A stretch of DNA of 64,000 nucleotides, from contig CAZQGQ010000001.1 in NCBI GenBank assembly GCA_964593365.1, positions 178,384 to 242,383 on the forward strand, given 5' to 3'. The notes under the pieces were generated by a model. It was not told where the DNA came from. It made no database searches and saw only the letters and a program-made list of their open reading frames with translations. Both the position numbers and the translations under genes were made by a program. Origin of the DNA: an uncultured Candidatus Saccharibacteria bacterium (GTDB lineage: Bacteria; Patescibacteriota; Minisyncoccia; Phycocordibacterales; Phycocordibacteraceae). Shown piece by piece: positions 27,050 through 37,700 of this stretch (its first letter is position 1; each line of letters begins with the position of its first letter).

Positions 27050-27673
27050 ATGAACTCAGGACGCATCATCGGGTTTATCATTCTTGGACTCTTCCTCTTA
27101 TTCTTCTGGTTCCTCATGGAGAAGGGAGCAGAAGTAGCGCCTGAAGTGCCCATCGAAACAGTGGAGAATGAGCCCTACGGCTACCGCTTCTCGCATTCTT
27201 CCGGCTATTCAATGTATGACCACGGCTCTGAGTATCTTTCAGTCGGGACACCGACCGAGGATGGGTTCGAGTCTGCAGTTGACCTTATCGTGAGCGAGAA
27301 CGGAACGGACACGACGTTCGAAAGCTTCGATGCGTTCGCGCTCTCTCGGGCACAGACCTTCTGCGCCGCAGACGGGCCGGGCGAATCGATGAGCTGCACG
27401 GACATCATGGAGCGCAACTCCTTCACGACCGAAAGCGGTCTAAAAGGAGAAGAGCTCTATCTAACCTTGGTCCGTACCAACCTGCGAGACGGCACATCGG
27501 TCGAAGGAAGGTTCGGCCCCGTGTTTGTCTTTGACATAAGCAATCACGCGATGGGCTCTGAGTATGCGGCGCTGTTCGTGTATGAGCCTCTCTACTCCTT
27601 CTTCGAGAACCCGAACCCAGACCTCGTGCGCGATATCGCAGCATCAGTGGAAACCTTCGAACCGAGGCGCTGA
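27050..27673 (+). CDS. hypothetical N-anchored protein
   Basis: TM helix followed by an acidic extracytoplasmic domain; no family recognised. Confidence 0.45.
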   Translation: MNSGRIIGFIILGLFLLFFWFLMEKGAEVAPEVPIETVENEPYGYRFSHSSGYSMYDHGSEYLSVGTPTEDGFESAVDLIVSENGTDTTFESFDAFALSRAQTFCAADGPGESMSCTDIMERNSFTTESGLKGEELYLTLVRTNLRDGTSVEGRFGPVFVFDISNHAMGSEYAALFVYEPLYSFFENPNPDLVRDIAASVETFEPRR

Positions 27674-27688
27674 CCCCGTGCTATCCTA

Positions 27689-28123
27689 GTGCGCATGACC
27701 CCCGACCTACTCGTGTTTGGCCCGCTTGAGATGCAGTTCACGTTTAGCCTCGTGCTTGCCTTGGTGCTCGGGCTTGTGATCGGCGCTGAGCGCGAGACGC
27801 GCGGCAAGGATGCCGGCATCTCAACGCACATACTCGTTATCGCAGGAGCGATGCTCTTTACGCTTATCTCCAATATCGTTGACCCGCTCTCAACCTCCCG
27901 CATCGCTTCCCAGATCGTCGTTGGTATCGGCTTCCTTGGCGCCGGCCTCATCTTGAAGGATGGCGTTACGGTCCGTAACCTCACGACCGCGGCAAGTCTT
28001 TGGTTTTCAGCTGCGGTTGGTATGGCAATCGGCTACGAGTTCTACACAATAGCGATCATCGGAGGCATTGCGGCAGTCATCATCCCTCGCATCCCAAGCC
28101 TCAATAAGCACGGAGGTGAATAA
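27689..28123 (+). CDS. MgtC/SapB-family membrane protein
   Basis: 'GAERETRGKDAGIST..' and 'GIGFLGAGLI..TTAASLWFSAAVGMAIG' MgtC signature. Confidence 0.75.
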   Translation: MRMTPDLLVFGPLEMQFTFSLVLALVLGLVIGAERETRGKDAGISTHILVIAGAMLFTLISNIVDPLSTSRIASQIVVGIGFLGAGLILKDGVTVRNLTTAASLWFSAAVGMAIGYEFYTIAIIGGIAAVIIPRIPSLNKHGGE

Positions 28124-28161
28124 CGCTCCTTTCTCCTTTTCTTCGGGCTACCATTACCTCT

Positions 28162-28923
28162 ATGAGCCTGCGCCGCGGTCTTTTGCATAACGCTTTCCAA
28201 AACGAGAAGGCGAAGGTCTTCTACGTTGTTAACGACCTGGTTGCGCTTGTCATCCTCGCTTCCGTCACGACTGTCATTTTGGAGACGGTTCCTGAGCTCT
28301 TTTCTCGCTACCAAGGCGTCTTCGTCACGATAGAAATCTTCTTCCTAGTCTTCTTTACGGTCGAATACATACTGCGCATCTATACCGCACCCAATAGGCT
28401 CAAATACATATTTAGCCCGCTTGGTCTTTTGGACGCCATCGCGCTTCTACCGAGCCTCTTCCTGCTTGGCGCGACGACCGAGCTCCATCTCCTATGGGTG
28501 TTCCGCCTCCTTCGCATCTTGCGATTGCTTCGCACCGCGCGATTGGTACGCTTCCTTGCTCCACGGAAACAGGACCGCGAGCGGATCACTCGCATTGCAA
28601 GCAATGTCCATTGGATCAACATAGAGATTTATCTCTTTGCGCTCATGCTTGTCGTCGTATTCTCGGCGACCCTCATGCACTTTGCTGAAGGCATGCTTCC
28701 CGGAAGCCACTTCGCCACTATTCCTGACGGCATGTGGTGGGCGATCGTGACTATCACCTCGGTAGGGTATGGAGACGCGGTACCAGTCACTGCGCTTGGA
28801 AAAGTGATCGCATCAGGCACGATGCTCGCGGGCCTCGCGCTCTTTGGCATCATGCTCGTGGTTGTCGGCAAGAGTTTGCAGGAAGCCCTGTTCGGGTCCG
28901 AGGTTGTAAGTCATAAGAAATAA
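28162..28923 (+). CDS. voltage-gated potassium channel (6TM, S4 sensor plus TxGYGD filter)
   Basis: S4 'LRILRLLRTARLVRF' and selectivity filter 'TITSVGYGD'. Confidence 0.8.
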   Translation: MSLRRGLLHNAFQNEKAKVFYVVNDLVALVILASVTTVILETVPELFSRYQGVFVTIEIFFLVFFTVEYILRIYTAPNRLKYIFSPLGLLDAIALLPSLFLLGATTELHLLWVFRLLRILRLLRTARLVRFLAPRKQDRERITRIASNVHWINIEIYLFALMLVVVFSATLMHFAEGMLPGSHFATIPDGMWWAIVTITSVGYGDAVPVTALGKVIASGTMLAGLALFGIMLVVVGKSLQEALFGSEVVSHKK

Positions 28924-28924
28924 T

Positions 28925-29245
28925 ATGGCAGACGCATCTGGAGCAGAAGCTTTTACTGCAGGCGCACCTCCTTCTGAAGAAGCGCTCACGAAGAAGTATG
29001 GAGAGAAGATCGAACTCTTCCCGATCACGCATAGCTCGCAGGGACTTATTCCTATAGACCAGCTCCAGGTCATTCTCGCCGGTCGCCCGCTTGAAGTGCG
29101 AAAGATCTTGGAAGTAGATTCAAGCGCCAGACTCTATGGCTTTACTTTTTTCATAGACGGCAAGCTCTATCTGGAAACGCATCGGGAGCCGACCCTGGGA
29201 GCCGCCGCAAAGCGCGTTATGGCTGCTTTGCAGCAGTCTGCGTAG
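28925..29245 (+). CDS. hypothetical protein
   Basis: 106 aa, start coupled to the channel gene stop; unknown function. Confidence 0.4.
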   Translation: MADASGAEAFTAGAPPSEEALTKKYGEKIELFPITHSSQGLIPIDQLQVILAGRPLEVRKILEVDSSARLYGFTFFIDGKLYLETHREPTLGAAAKRVMAALQQSA

Positions 29246-29312
29246 TCCCTTGTATCAACAGCTTGCAGCTACTACCCGAGGAGTATACTGAAGGGGTACG
29301 TTATAAACCTTA

Positions 29313-29756
29313 TTGTTATCCATGAACAACATTCTTGATTGCCAGTGCTCGAGCAAGTGGGCAGGTTTTGCTCCGCTCGTGCTTCGCCTTGTCACAGGTA
29401 TTATTTTCGCTCTTCACGGTTATCAGAAACTCACGGAAATGGGCATCGCAGGAACTGCAGGATTCTTGGATGGGATCGGATTCCCAGCCGCACCGTTCTT
29501 CGCAGTCGTCCTCATCGTTGCTGAACTTCTCGGCGGTATCCTCCTTATCCTCGGCGTATTCACGCACTGGGTAGCTAAGATCCTCGCTGTTGTCGCAGTC
29601 GTCGCTTTGGTGACCGTTCACCTTGGAAACGGCTTCTTCATCTCAGGAGGAGGCTACGAGTACATCCTTCTCATCCTTGCCGCTTCTATCTCCCTCATGA
29701 TCACTGGTCCAGGGAAGTGGGCGCTCGATGGAAAGATCTTCAAGCGAGGAGAGTAG
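29313..29756 (+). CDS. DoxX-family membrane protein
   Basis: 4-TM protein with 'LRLVTGIIFALHGYQKL' DoxX N-terminal motif; terminator hairpin at 29776-29796. Confidence 0.65.
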   Translation: MLSMNNILDCQCSSKWAGFAPLVLRLVTGIIFALHGYQKLTEMGIAGTAGFLDGIGFPAAPFFAVVLIVAELLGGILLILGVFTHWVAKILAVVAVVALVTVHLGNGFFISGGGYEYILLILAASISLMITGPGKWALDGKIFKRGE

Positions 29757-29901
29757 TCACTCTTCGCGAAGCATAAAGGCCCCGTAAGGGGCTTTTGTGC
29801 TATTCACCTCTCCTTCATCGGAGGGTAGGTACTATTTTCTCCGTACCGATCCGACAGCGTGTCGGATGCGGGGGCCTAGCTAATTAACACCTCTACTATT
29901 T

Positions 29902-30588
29902 ATGACTCTACGTAAGATCCTTACGGCGCTTACGGTGGTTGCGCTTGTTCTTCCAGCAGGAGCAAGCCTCGCCGCCGAAGCTAACGACACCAGAGGAAGT
30001 GCAGCACTTGAAGTACAGGGAACAGGCGGAGGTGCAACCATTGACCTCGATGCCAGTGTTTCTGGCGACGCTGCTACCGGAACGGAAGCAGAAGACACAA
30101 GCGACACGAACGAAACGAACGCAGGCACAGACGGCTCGCTTCGCGTGAATGCGCTTGGCATTCCTGTCCTTACGTCAGCGCAGGTGACAACTGACGCAGA
30201 CCTCGAGCTCTTCCGAGAGAACATGCGTCTTGAAGACAAGAATGTCGCAGCAGTGAACCTCGACTCTGAGGAAGAGGTTACAGTCGAGTACTGGCACAAA
30301 GGACATCTGCTCGGACTCTTTCCCGTCAGCATTAAGTCAACGACTTCTGTCATGGAAGGCAGTGATGGACGAGCAACGGTGCAGACCCGGATGCCGTGGT
30401 GGAACTTGTTTGTGACTGGCACCGGACGCATTGGAAGCTCGGTTGATTCCTCGCTTGGAGGGTCAACGACCTTGCAGGGAGACTTCGGCCTCTCTGCAGA
30501 CGCAGCTGCACGGGCACGGGTGCTTGAAGCGATCGCACGGGCGCATGCGCAAGCCTCAACGAAGACAAGTGCTGCGGTAATTCAATAG
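29902..30588 (+). CDS. secreted hypothetical protein
   Basis: Signal peptide; Thr/Asp-rich; terminator at 30599-30625. Confidence 0.45.
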   Translation: MTLRKILTALTVVALVLPAGASLAAEANDTRGSAALEVQGTGGGATIDLDASVSGDAATGTEAEDTSDTNETNAGTDGSLRVNALGIPVLTSAQVTTDADLELFRENMRLEDKNVAAVNLDSEEEVTVEYWHKGHLLGLFPVSIKSTTSVMEGSDGRATVQTRMPWWNLFVTGTGRIGSSVDSSLGGSTTLQGDFGLSADAAARARVLEAIARAHAQASTKTSAAVIQ

Positions 30589-30676
30589 CGCAGACAAAGA
30601 AAAGCCGCTCTTTTGAGCGGTTTTTCTATGCACCAGCGTATCTTCTCCCCGAGAAAACAGGTGGTACGATGAACCT

Positions 30677-31147
30677 ATGCAAAACAATACTATGGCTTGG
30701 ATCTTGGGAATCGTGCTTGTCGTCGTCCTCATTGGAGGAGCCTATTACGTAGGCAAGAAAGAAGCCGTTGCGCCGACAACGGAGACGCCAACCGAAACGA
30801 CGCAGGACACGACCTCGGAGAAAATGATCGCGCCGAAGTGGACCTTTATCGACAAGGGCGAGGATGCGCAGACAGGCGCCCCTATGACGCAGGTGTCAGT
30901 TACGTTTGCGGGAACGACCCGCGATCTTGGCGTGCATCAGGGATCGTGCTCTACCATCGAAGGATCGTCCTGGACCTTGGTTGATGGAGAACTATCCGGC
31001 GCCATCTGCTGGTTTGCAGGAGGCGGAGTTGAGTTCGGCATCTTCAAGGAAGGAAACAATTATGTAGTGAAGCAGGGAGACTTGGATGAGGGAAGCGCGG
31101 AAGACCCGGGTCTTCGCGGTAACTTCCGAACGCTCGTAACTTTCTAA
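30677..31147 (+). CDS. hypothetical N-anchored protein
   Basis: Single N-terminal TM helix; unknown function. Confidence 0.45.
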   Translation: MQNNTMAWILGIVLVVVLIGGAYYVGKKEAVAPTTETPTETTQDTTSEKMIAPKWTFIDKGEDAQTGAPMTQVSVTFAGTTRDLGVHQGSCSTIEGSSWTLVDGELSGAICWFAGGGVEFGIFKEGNNYVVKQGDLDEGSAEDPGLRGNFRTLVTF

Positions 31148-31151
31148 TCAT

Positions 31152-31706
31152 ATGAAAACAGTCATAACAGCAATCGTCGTCGTACTCGCGCTTATCATCG
31201 CCGGCTATTTCTTCTACGCAGGGATGATGCCGTGGCAGCAGCAGGGAGCTCCGCTGGGGGTTAACTTCTACGCAAACGGCACGCAGGGAATCTCATTCGA
31301 GTATCCGCAGACCTACATCCTCACGGAGCGCGAAGTCGGAAACGCCGAGCGCGCCCACTACGCCATCACGCTCATCCACGAAAGCGATGCGCAGCCTCGG
31401 GAAAACTCCGAAGGGCCTCCAGCAGTCGCAATCGACATCTACGAGAACACGACCAATCAGACCTTGGAGCAATGGCTCACCACGAGCGAATCGAACCGCA
31501 ATCTTGGCAGCAGCGCTCTGGTCGAGCGAACGGTCGACGGGGCAGACGCCGTCTCCTACCACTGGTCAGGCCTCTATGAGGGCGACACGACAGCATTCCT
31601 CCACAATGGATCGATCGTCGTTGTCTCAGTGACGTATATCGCTCCAGAGGATGAGATACGAGCCGTGTACGTAAAGATCCTGAGCTCGCTTGACCTTGTT
31701 CCCTAG
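31152..31706 (+). CDS. hypothetical N-anchored protein
   Basis: Single N-terminal TM helix; unknown function. Confidence 0.45.
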   Translation: MKTVITAIVVVLALIIAGYFFYAGMMPWQQQGAPLGVNFYANGTQGISFEYPQTYILTEREVGNAERAHYAITLIHESDAQPRENSEGPPAVAIDIYENTTNQTLEQWLTTSESNRNLGSSALVERTVDGADAVSYHWSGLYEGDTTAFLHNGSIVVVSVTYIAPEDEIRAVYVKILSSLDLVP

Positions 31707-31748
31707 GGCTCAGCCAATCTTCACGAGAGAGGAGTATCCTTAGAGGAT

Positions 31749-32171
31749 ATGCACTTCAACAACCTGACAGGCCTTCAGAAGCTTCTTCTTGGCGTTCTCC
31801 TTCTTATCCTTATCGGCCTTGGTGCGAGCATGCTCTTTGGAAGAGAGGGAACGGAACTGCTTCCGGAAGAAGAAAAGGCTGCGCTTATCCCGGGACCCCG
31901 GAGCTTCGACGGAACGTATGAGTGCCTTCCGCATAGAGATACGAGCGGACCGCAGACGCTTGAATGCGCGTTTGGCATCCAAACCGATGACGGCGATCAC
32001 CACGGCCTTAGCTTGACCGCGCTCGCGCCTTCGCTTGCCGATACGCTCCAGACCGGAACTCGCATACGCGTGCAGGGCGTGTATGTGCCAGTGGAAGCAC
32101 TGAGCTCTGACGCCTGGCAGCGCTATGACATAGAAGGCATTCTCCAGGTGGATACCCTGGAGCTCATATAA
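31749..32171 (+). CDS. hypothetical N-anchored protein
   Basis: Single N-terminal TM helix; unknown function. Confidence 0.45.
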   Translation: MHFNNLTGLQKLLLGVLLLILIGLGASMLFGREGTELLPEEEKAALIPGPRSFDGTYECLPHRDTSGPQTLECAFGIQTDDGDHHGLSLTALAPSLADTLQTGTRIRVQGVYVPVEALSSDAWQRYDIEGILQVDTLELI

Positions 32172-32213
32172 GCGGTGCTAGACTTATACGCATAACAAAC
32201 TAATCATTTCCCT

Positions 32214-32636
32214 ATGGAAGTACCTATCAACTATGTAGCGGTTCTGCTTGCGGTCGTAGCTGCGGTTATCATCGGGGTGCTCTGGTATGGGCCTTTGTTC
32301 GGTAAGGCGTGGATGAATCTTATGGGATTCACTGCTGAGAGCATGAAGGCCATGAAGATGAGCCGCACAGGAGCGTTCATCGGTATTATCGTCATGTCAT
32401 TCTTGACGGCATACGTGCTTGCGCACGGTCTTGTCTTTGGCAACGCCTACCTTGGCATGTCAGGAGTCGGAAGCTCTATGATGGGAGCATTCTGGTACTG
32501 GCTCGGGTTTGCCGTTCCTCTCACTGCGGGATCGTATTTGTGGGAAGGAAGGTCTTGGAAGCTGTGGGCCTTGAACGCGGCGTACTACTTGGTGTCGTTC
32601 CTTGTTATGGGCGCGATACTCGGAAGTTTCGCTTAG
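32214..32636 (+). CDS. DUF1761-family membrane protein
   Basis: 'INYVAVLLAVVAAVIIGVLWYGPLFGKAW' matches the DUF1761 N-terminal pattern. Confidence 0.55.
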   Translation: MEVPINYVAVLLAVVAAVIIGVLWYGPLFGKAWMNLMGFTAESMKAMKMSRTGAFIGIIVMSFLTAYVLAHGLVFGNAYLGMSGVGSSMMGAFWYWLGFAVPLTAGSYLWEGRSWKLWALNAAYYLVSFLVMGAILGSFA

Positions 32637-33246
32637 GCGTCTCCATTCCTGCAGGCAGCGTGCGAAAGGTAATTGAATAGCGAAGGCCTTCAACGGCCGG
32701 GATTGAATGCTGGAAGTTCCAGCGGCTTTCGCTTTGCATGATGTACGCGCTCCGGGGCTCAAGCGGAATCGCGATGATGTCCTTAGTGCTTCTCTTGGCT
32801 CCTCGCATACGGGAGTTGATGGGCCGAAGACGCATCTTGCACCAGCTTCCAAGCGAGATGCCGATGACCGTATCGAAGGTCTCGTTGTCTCGGTGCCACC
32901 CGATCGCGCTCCCGGGCGAGTATTCGGTCACCAGAGCCTCGACCACCCGCGTAACGGGAAGATCGAGCCACTTGGCGACCTTGCGCTGGATGGGACGCAG
33001 AAAGATCGGAAGCGGCGGGCCTTTCATAAGCTTCTCTTTCTCAAAGTCATAGCTCCAGCCGAAGTTCATGACGCGCCGCTTAGCGGCGTATTCCTCGGTC
33101 AGCGGATGCTCGAGAGGAAGATCTTCAAAGTAGCCAATGAGCTCGCGCTCTTCGGCCTCGGTAAGGAATTGCGGGCGATACACGAAGCCGTTCGGGAGCG
33201 TCGTCCCGATATCAAAGAGAGTTCCTTGGTCTTTAGCTCGCGGCAT
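32605..33246 (-). CDS. AlkB-family Fe(II)/2-oxoglutarate-dependent dioxygenase
   Basis: 'IGWHRDNE' (HxD) and 'RYSITFR' 2OG-binding motifs. Confidence 0.7.
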   Translation of the reverse strand: MPRAKDQGTLFDIGTTLPNGFVYRPQFLTEAEERELIGYFEDLPLEHPLTEEYAAKRRVMNFGWSYDFEKEKLMKGPPLPIFLRPIQRKVAKWLDLPVTRVVEALVTEYSPGSAIGWHRDNETFDTVIGISLGSWCKMRLRPINSRMRGAKRSTKDIIAIPLEPRSAYIMQSESRWNFQHSIPAVEGLRYSITFRTLPAGMETPKRNFRVSRP

Positions 33247-33502
33247 GGAGAGCTATTGTAACAAAGCGGTCATATCTTAATCCTCACCTCATCAAGGCTT
33301 TCGTATGGTTTGCGTCTAGAGGTCGATTTTATCCGGAACTCACACTGCCCATCTTTATGCTTTATGACGGAACTCGCCGGGATAACGGCGACAGCGAACG
33401 CGATCCGAATACGACGGGCGATGACGGCGGAACGGCCGGCACGACAAGCGGAGGAGAGGACACGGAACGAACGGACGAGATGTAGACCCCTATAAGGGGA
33501 AA

Positions 33503-33534
33503 GAAAAAGGCGCGAGAACTCTCGCGTCTTTTTC
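33503..33534. terminator. bidirectional rho-independent terminator (A-run, CGCGAG-aact-CTCGCG, T-run)
   Basis: Read directly in a 525-bp non-coding gap. Confidence 0.5.
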
Positions 33535-33771
33535 TATTCACGTATTCTTCAGGCGCCTTTGTGTATGCTTTCAGCTATGAAAGCACCACAACACACAACC
33601 GGAAACGAGTTCTGCATGTGCGCTTCCTGCGGCGGACCCTCATACACGACGCTCGACTTCAGTAGCGTCTTCGATTCCGCACCGCTCTTGGCTTCTTAGT
33701 AATCCCAGCTGAGATCTGCGAAGCCAAAGGGAAGACAGAAATAGCAAGAATGGTCTAGGACGATTGGAATT

Positions 33772-34749
33772 CTAGTCTAAATCCTCGATAGCTATACCAA
33801 TCTTTGAATAGACTTCCTTCAATACAGACTCACGAGTCGGGTTACCTCGAACATCAATAGACATTGCTCGTAATACTGCCTCGCCATGGCTTAAGCTGAA
33901 CTTACTCTGTTCCTCGAGTTTGTCTGAGAGATTATGGGCGGCTCGAAGGATCATCTGACCTCCAGCTTCCTCGTTCGGGTCGCCTTCCAAAGAAACACGC
34001 TTTAGTTCAACGGTCCAAAGTATGGCCAGGAGAAGACTATCCATGTCTTTAAAAGGATTAAACCTGTCAGAGAGTAGATACGAGGTAAGTCCAGGAGACT
34101 GATAAATAGCATGCTTTATGATTTCGGCTAAACCTATCTGAATCTGGTCTGTTGAGAGGTAAGAAAGGAAGTCCGGATCAATGATAACTAATGACGGTTC
34201 GTAGAAGCTCTTGTATGCGTGTTTTACATAGCTTCCGTTCTCAATCTTATTGACGCGTACCTTGCCTCCAACCGCTGTATCAGACATGGAAAGGACTGTC
34301 GTTGGTACAAGCACAAGATCCAAAGACAGCTTCTCTGCGATATACGCGGCACAATTGAGAATGATCCCTCCTCCAACGGCAACGATACGCTGATTTTCAG
34401 ATGTCAGCTTATTAGCAAGATCATCTAGATAGTCCAAGGTCTTCAGCTCACCCTCTATGGGGTTGAAGACCAGGAAGCGCCCAACCTTATCTTTATACGT
34501 TGCTAGGTATGGCTCCACCGCTTTATCTATGAGCAAGAGGTCACTGCTTTTAAAAGAGAACTGGCTAAGACCTTGAACTACTAATTTATAGTGAGGCAAT
34601 GTGCTGTAGCGAGGGTGATTGGCAGGTATAGAAAATAGGAGCGGCTCATTTGCTCTTGGGTCAAAGCCAGGAGAGGCGAGACCCGTAGACCATTTGTGGT
34701 CTACGGGCAGCGATCTCTCTAAGAGCTCTTCGTATGACGCTAGGCGCAT
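33772..34749 (-). CDS. 3-dehydroquinate synthase-like sugar-phosphate cyclase (orphan; lower GC)
   Basis: 'VAVGGGIILNCAAYIAEKL' and 'LVLVPTT' nucleotide-binding motifs of the DHQS / iron-ADH fold; no other shikimate genes nearby. Confidence 0.5.
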   Translation of the reverse strand: MRLASYEELLERSLPVDHKWSTGLASPGFDPRANEPLLFSIPANHPRYSTLPHYKLVVQGLSQFSFKSSDLLLIDKAVEPYLATYKDKVGRFLVFNPIEGELKTLDYLDDLANKLTSENQRIVAVGGGIILNCAAYIAEKLSLDLVLVPTTVLSMSDTAVGGKVRVNKIENGSYVKHAYKSFYEPSLVIIDPDFLSYLSTDQIQIGLAEIIKHAIYQSPGLTSYLLSDRFNPFKDMDSLLLAILWTVELKRVSLEGDPNEEAGGQMILRAAHNLSDKLEEQSKFSLSHGEAVLRAMSIDVRGNPTRESVLKEVYSKIGIAIEDLD

Positions 34750-34789
34750 TTTCGTATCTTACTACGGAGCTTCGCTAGACGGGACTTGT

Positions 34790-37700
34790 CTATACGGTTT
34801 CTGTCGGCTCCTTAGCGAAGCGCGCACGTACTGACTTGCCTGGCCAGCGATGGTAGAGGACGGGGATGAGTACGAGCGTGAGAACGGTTGAGAACGCAAG
34901 ACCGAACATGATGGTGAACGCGAGTGGTCCCCAGAGCGCCGAGGCAAGAGAAAGCGGAATCATACCGACGACCGTCACGATGGTCGTGAGGATGATCGGG
35001 CGGAAGCGGGAAGCCGCAGCTTCAACCACAACGTCAGTCAATGTGCGTCCCGGGTGCTCTCGCCCGATGCGCCCGATCGAGTCCATGAGAATTATGGCGT
35101 GGTTAATGATGACGCCCGCGAGCGCTATGATGCCGAGCATCGATGGGAAGGAAAGAGGGGCGCCCGTTACCATGAGCCCAATCAAGGCTCCAATAAGGGA
35201 GAGCGGCACCACGGAAAGAAGGTAGAGGGAGAGGCGGAAGGAGTTGAACTCGAGCACGAGGATGGCGAGCATGAGCGCGATGCCGGCCAAGAAAGCGACA
35301 CCCATTTCTGCAAACGACTGGTTCACGTCTTCGGTCTCGCCGCCGATCTTCATCTCGACGCCAGGGGCGAGCGGCTCTTCGCTCATGCGCTTGTTGAAGT
35401 CGGAAACCAATTGCAGCGGGTTTGCGGTCGGGACGGCGCCTGCTTCTACGGTTGCGACGCGCGTGCCGTCTTCGTGCCGTATCACGCTTTCCGCCTGCTC
35501 GTACTCGATGCTTGCGATCGAGGAGAGGGGGATATAGCCAGTAGCGCTCGGGATCCCGAGCGAGCGCACTGCGTCGATGGTCGTGTGATTCGTCTCTTCA
35601 GGGCTCTGATAGTTCGGGTTCAGATCAAGCTTGGTGCGCACTTCGATCTCTTCTCCGTTTGCCCGGATGGTCGCTGCTTCGCTTCCAAAGAGGGCAGCGC
35701 GAAGGGTCGCAGAGACTACGGCAGGAGAGACACCGGCTGCTGCGGCTTTTGCCGTATCAAGGCGGACCACAAACTCAGGGCTATCGTTACGCGTTGATGT
35801 CGTCACGTTCACCGTTCCTGGCATATCAGCAAGGATGCGCGCGGCGCGCTCCGTCGTCTGTGAAAGAGCGGACAAGTCGTCTCCGGTAAAGGTCACGAGG
35901 ACCGCGGCGCCCGTTGGAGGACCGCCTGCAGGCTCTTCGATCTTTACGCGTGCAGAGGTGACTTCTTTCACGCGCTCGCGAAGCTCAGAAACAACCACGG
36001 CGCTCGTCTCCTTACGATCCTTATCGAGGTTCAGTGTGATGTTGGCGACGTTTGCGCCTGAGCCTCCCGTTCCGCTAAAAAAGCTGCCAGATCCTACTTC
36101 AGACACGAAAGACGCGATGCGTCCGTCCGCATACAAGAGCTCCTCTACTTCGCGAACCGAAAGGTCCGTCTGGGCGAGCGTCGTCCCCTGAGGCTTCTCC
36201 ACTTCGATGTACGCGAGATCGCTGTTTTCCGGAGGGAAGAAGATGACCTTCACTGCTCCGACCATCGGGAGGATCAAGACGAGAACGAACAATCCGATGA
36301 TGCCCCAGAGGAAACGGTTCTCCTTCTTTCGGTCTCCGAGGATGCCGCGAAGGAACTTCTTGTACCACTCCTGCGCCTTCTCGTTATAGTCCTCCTGGAT
36401 ACGTTCGATGCGGCTCAAGGTCGGGCGGATGATGTAGAGGGCGTACAAAGGAACGAGACCAAGCGCCACAATAATCGAAGCAATGAGTACGAAGATAACG
36501 GTGTAAGGAATAGAGGCGACGAATTTGCCCAAGATGCCTGAGAGGAAGAACAAAGGTACGAATACCGCAACGGTGGTCATCGTGCCTGCGATAAGCGGCC
36601 AGGCGTATTCCTGGATCGCGGCGACCGCAGCTTCGCGCTTGTCCCCGTATTTCACGAGACGCGTGTGTATTGCCTCGACAACCACAATCCCCGAGTCGAC
36701 CAAGATACCGATCGCAAGGATGAGCGAGAACAAGGAGATGAAGTTGATCGTGTTCCCGGACGCCGCGATGCCGATGAAGGCGATCAAGAACGAGAGCGGG
36801 ATGGCAAGCGCTGCTGCAAGAGATTCTCTCCAGCCAAGAGTAAGGAGGAGCATGAGCATAACGAGCGCGGTCGTCTCAAGCCCGACGCGCGTGAGCTCGG
36901 TCAGGTCATGGTTCACATCATCTGCCGCGTCATACGAAATAACAGTCCGCGTTCCAGCCAAGGTCGTCTCTTCAAGCTCTGCAATCTTCTTTTTGATTTC
37001 TGATCCTATGGAAACGATGTTGCCTCCGCGGCTCTTGAAGACCGAGAAGGTAAGTGCAGGCTCTGACGGATTTCCTTCAACTGATACGCGTGAGAACGTG
37101 CGCGGGTCCTCGAGCCCGTTCACGACCTCTGCGACGTCTCGAATATAAATAGGTGCGCCGCCAGCTCCCCGAAGGGCAACGCCGGCAACGTCATCCGGGC
37201 TCGTGATTCCTGCTTCAAGCCGGACCGCGTACGCGATGTTGTCGACCGTGATGGACCCTGCAGGAGCGCCGATCCCTGAAAGGCGAAGCGCTGTCGTTAT
37301 GTCTGAAAGGGTGAGTCCCTGCTGGCGAAGGCGTGCTTCAGAAACGATCACCTGCACTTCGCGGGCTCTCACCCCTGAGATCGAAACACTTGAGACGCCC
37401 GCAATGCGCTCGATCTCGTTTTGAATCTCATCTCCAAGGGCAGTGAGTTCTTCCGGAGCAAGGTCGCCAGACACCGATGCGATCATGATCGGCTGGTCGG
37501 CGAAGTTAACGTCAGTGACGGTAGGGTCTTCGGCGTCTGCAGGAAGTTCGGGGCGGACCTTATCAACTTCGTCTTTCAGAAGCTGGATGGAACGTTCGAT
37601 GTTTGCTGAAGCATCGAACTCGACCGTGACGTTTGAAACCCCTCCGCCAGACGAAGAGGTAACTTTGGAAACGCGTTCAAGGCCGATGACCTTGTCTTCT

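Noticed and set aside
33310-33495. 61-aa Arg-rich ORF in the 525-bp gap
   Set aside because: It has a TTG start, no RBS, and a composition consistent with translation of a purine-rich non-coding element. It is retained only as part of the gap finding.
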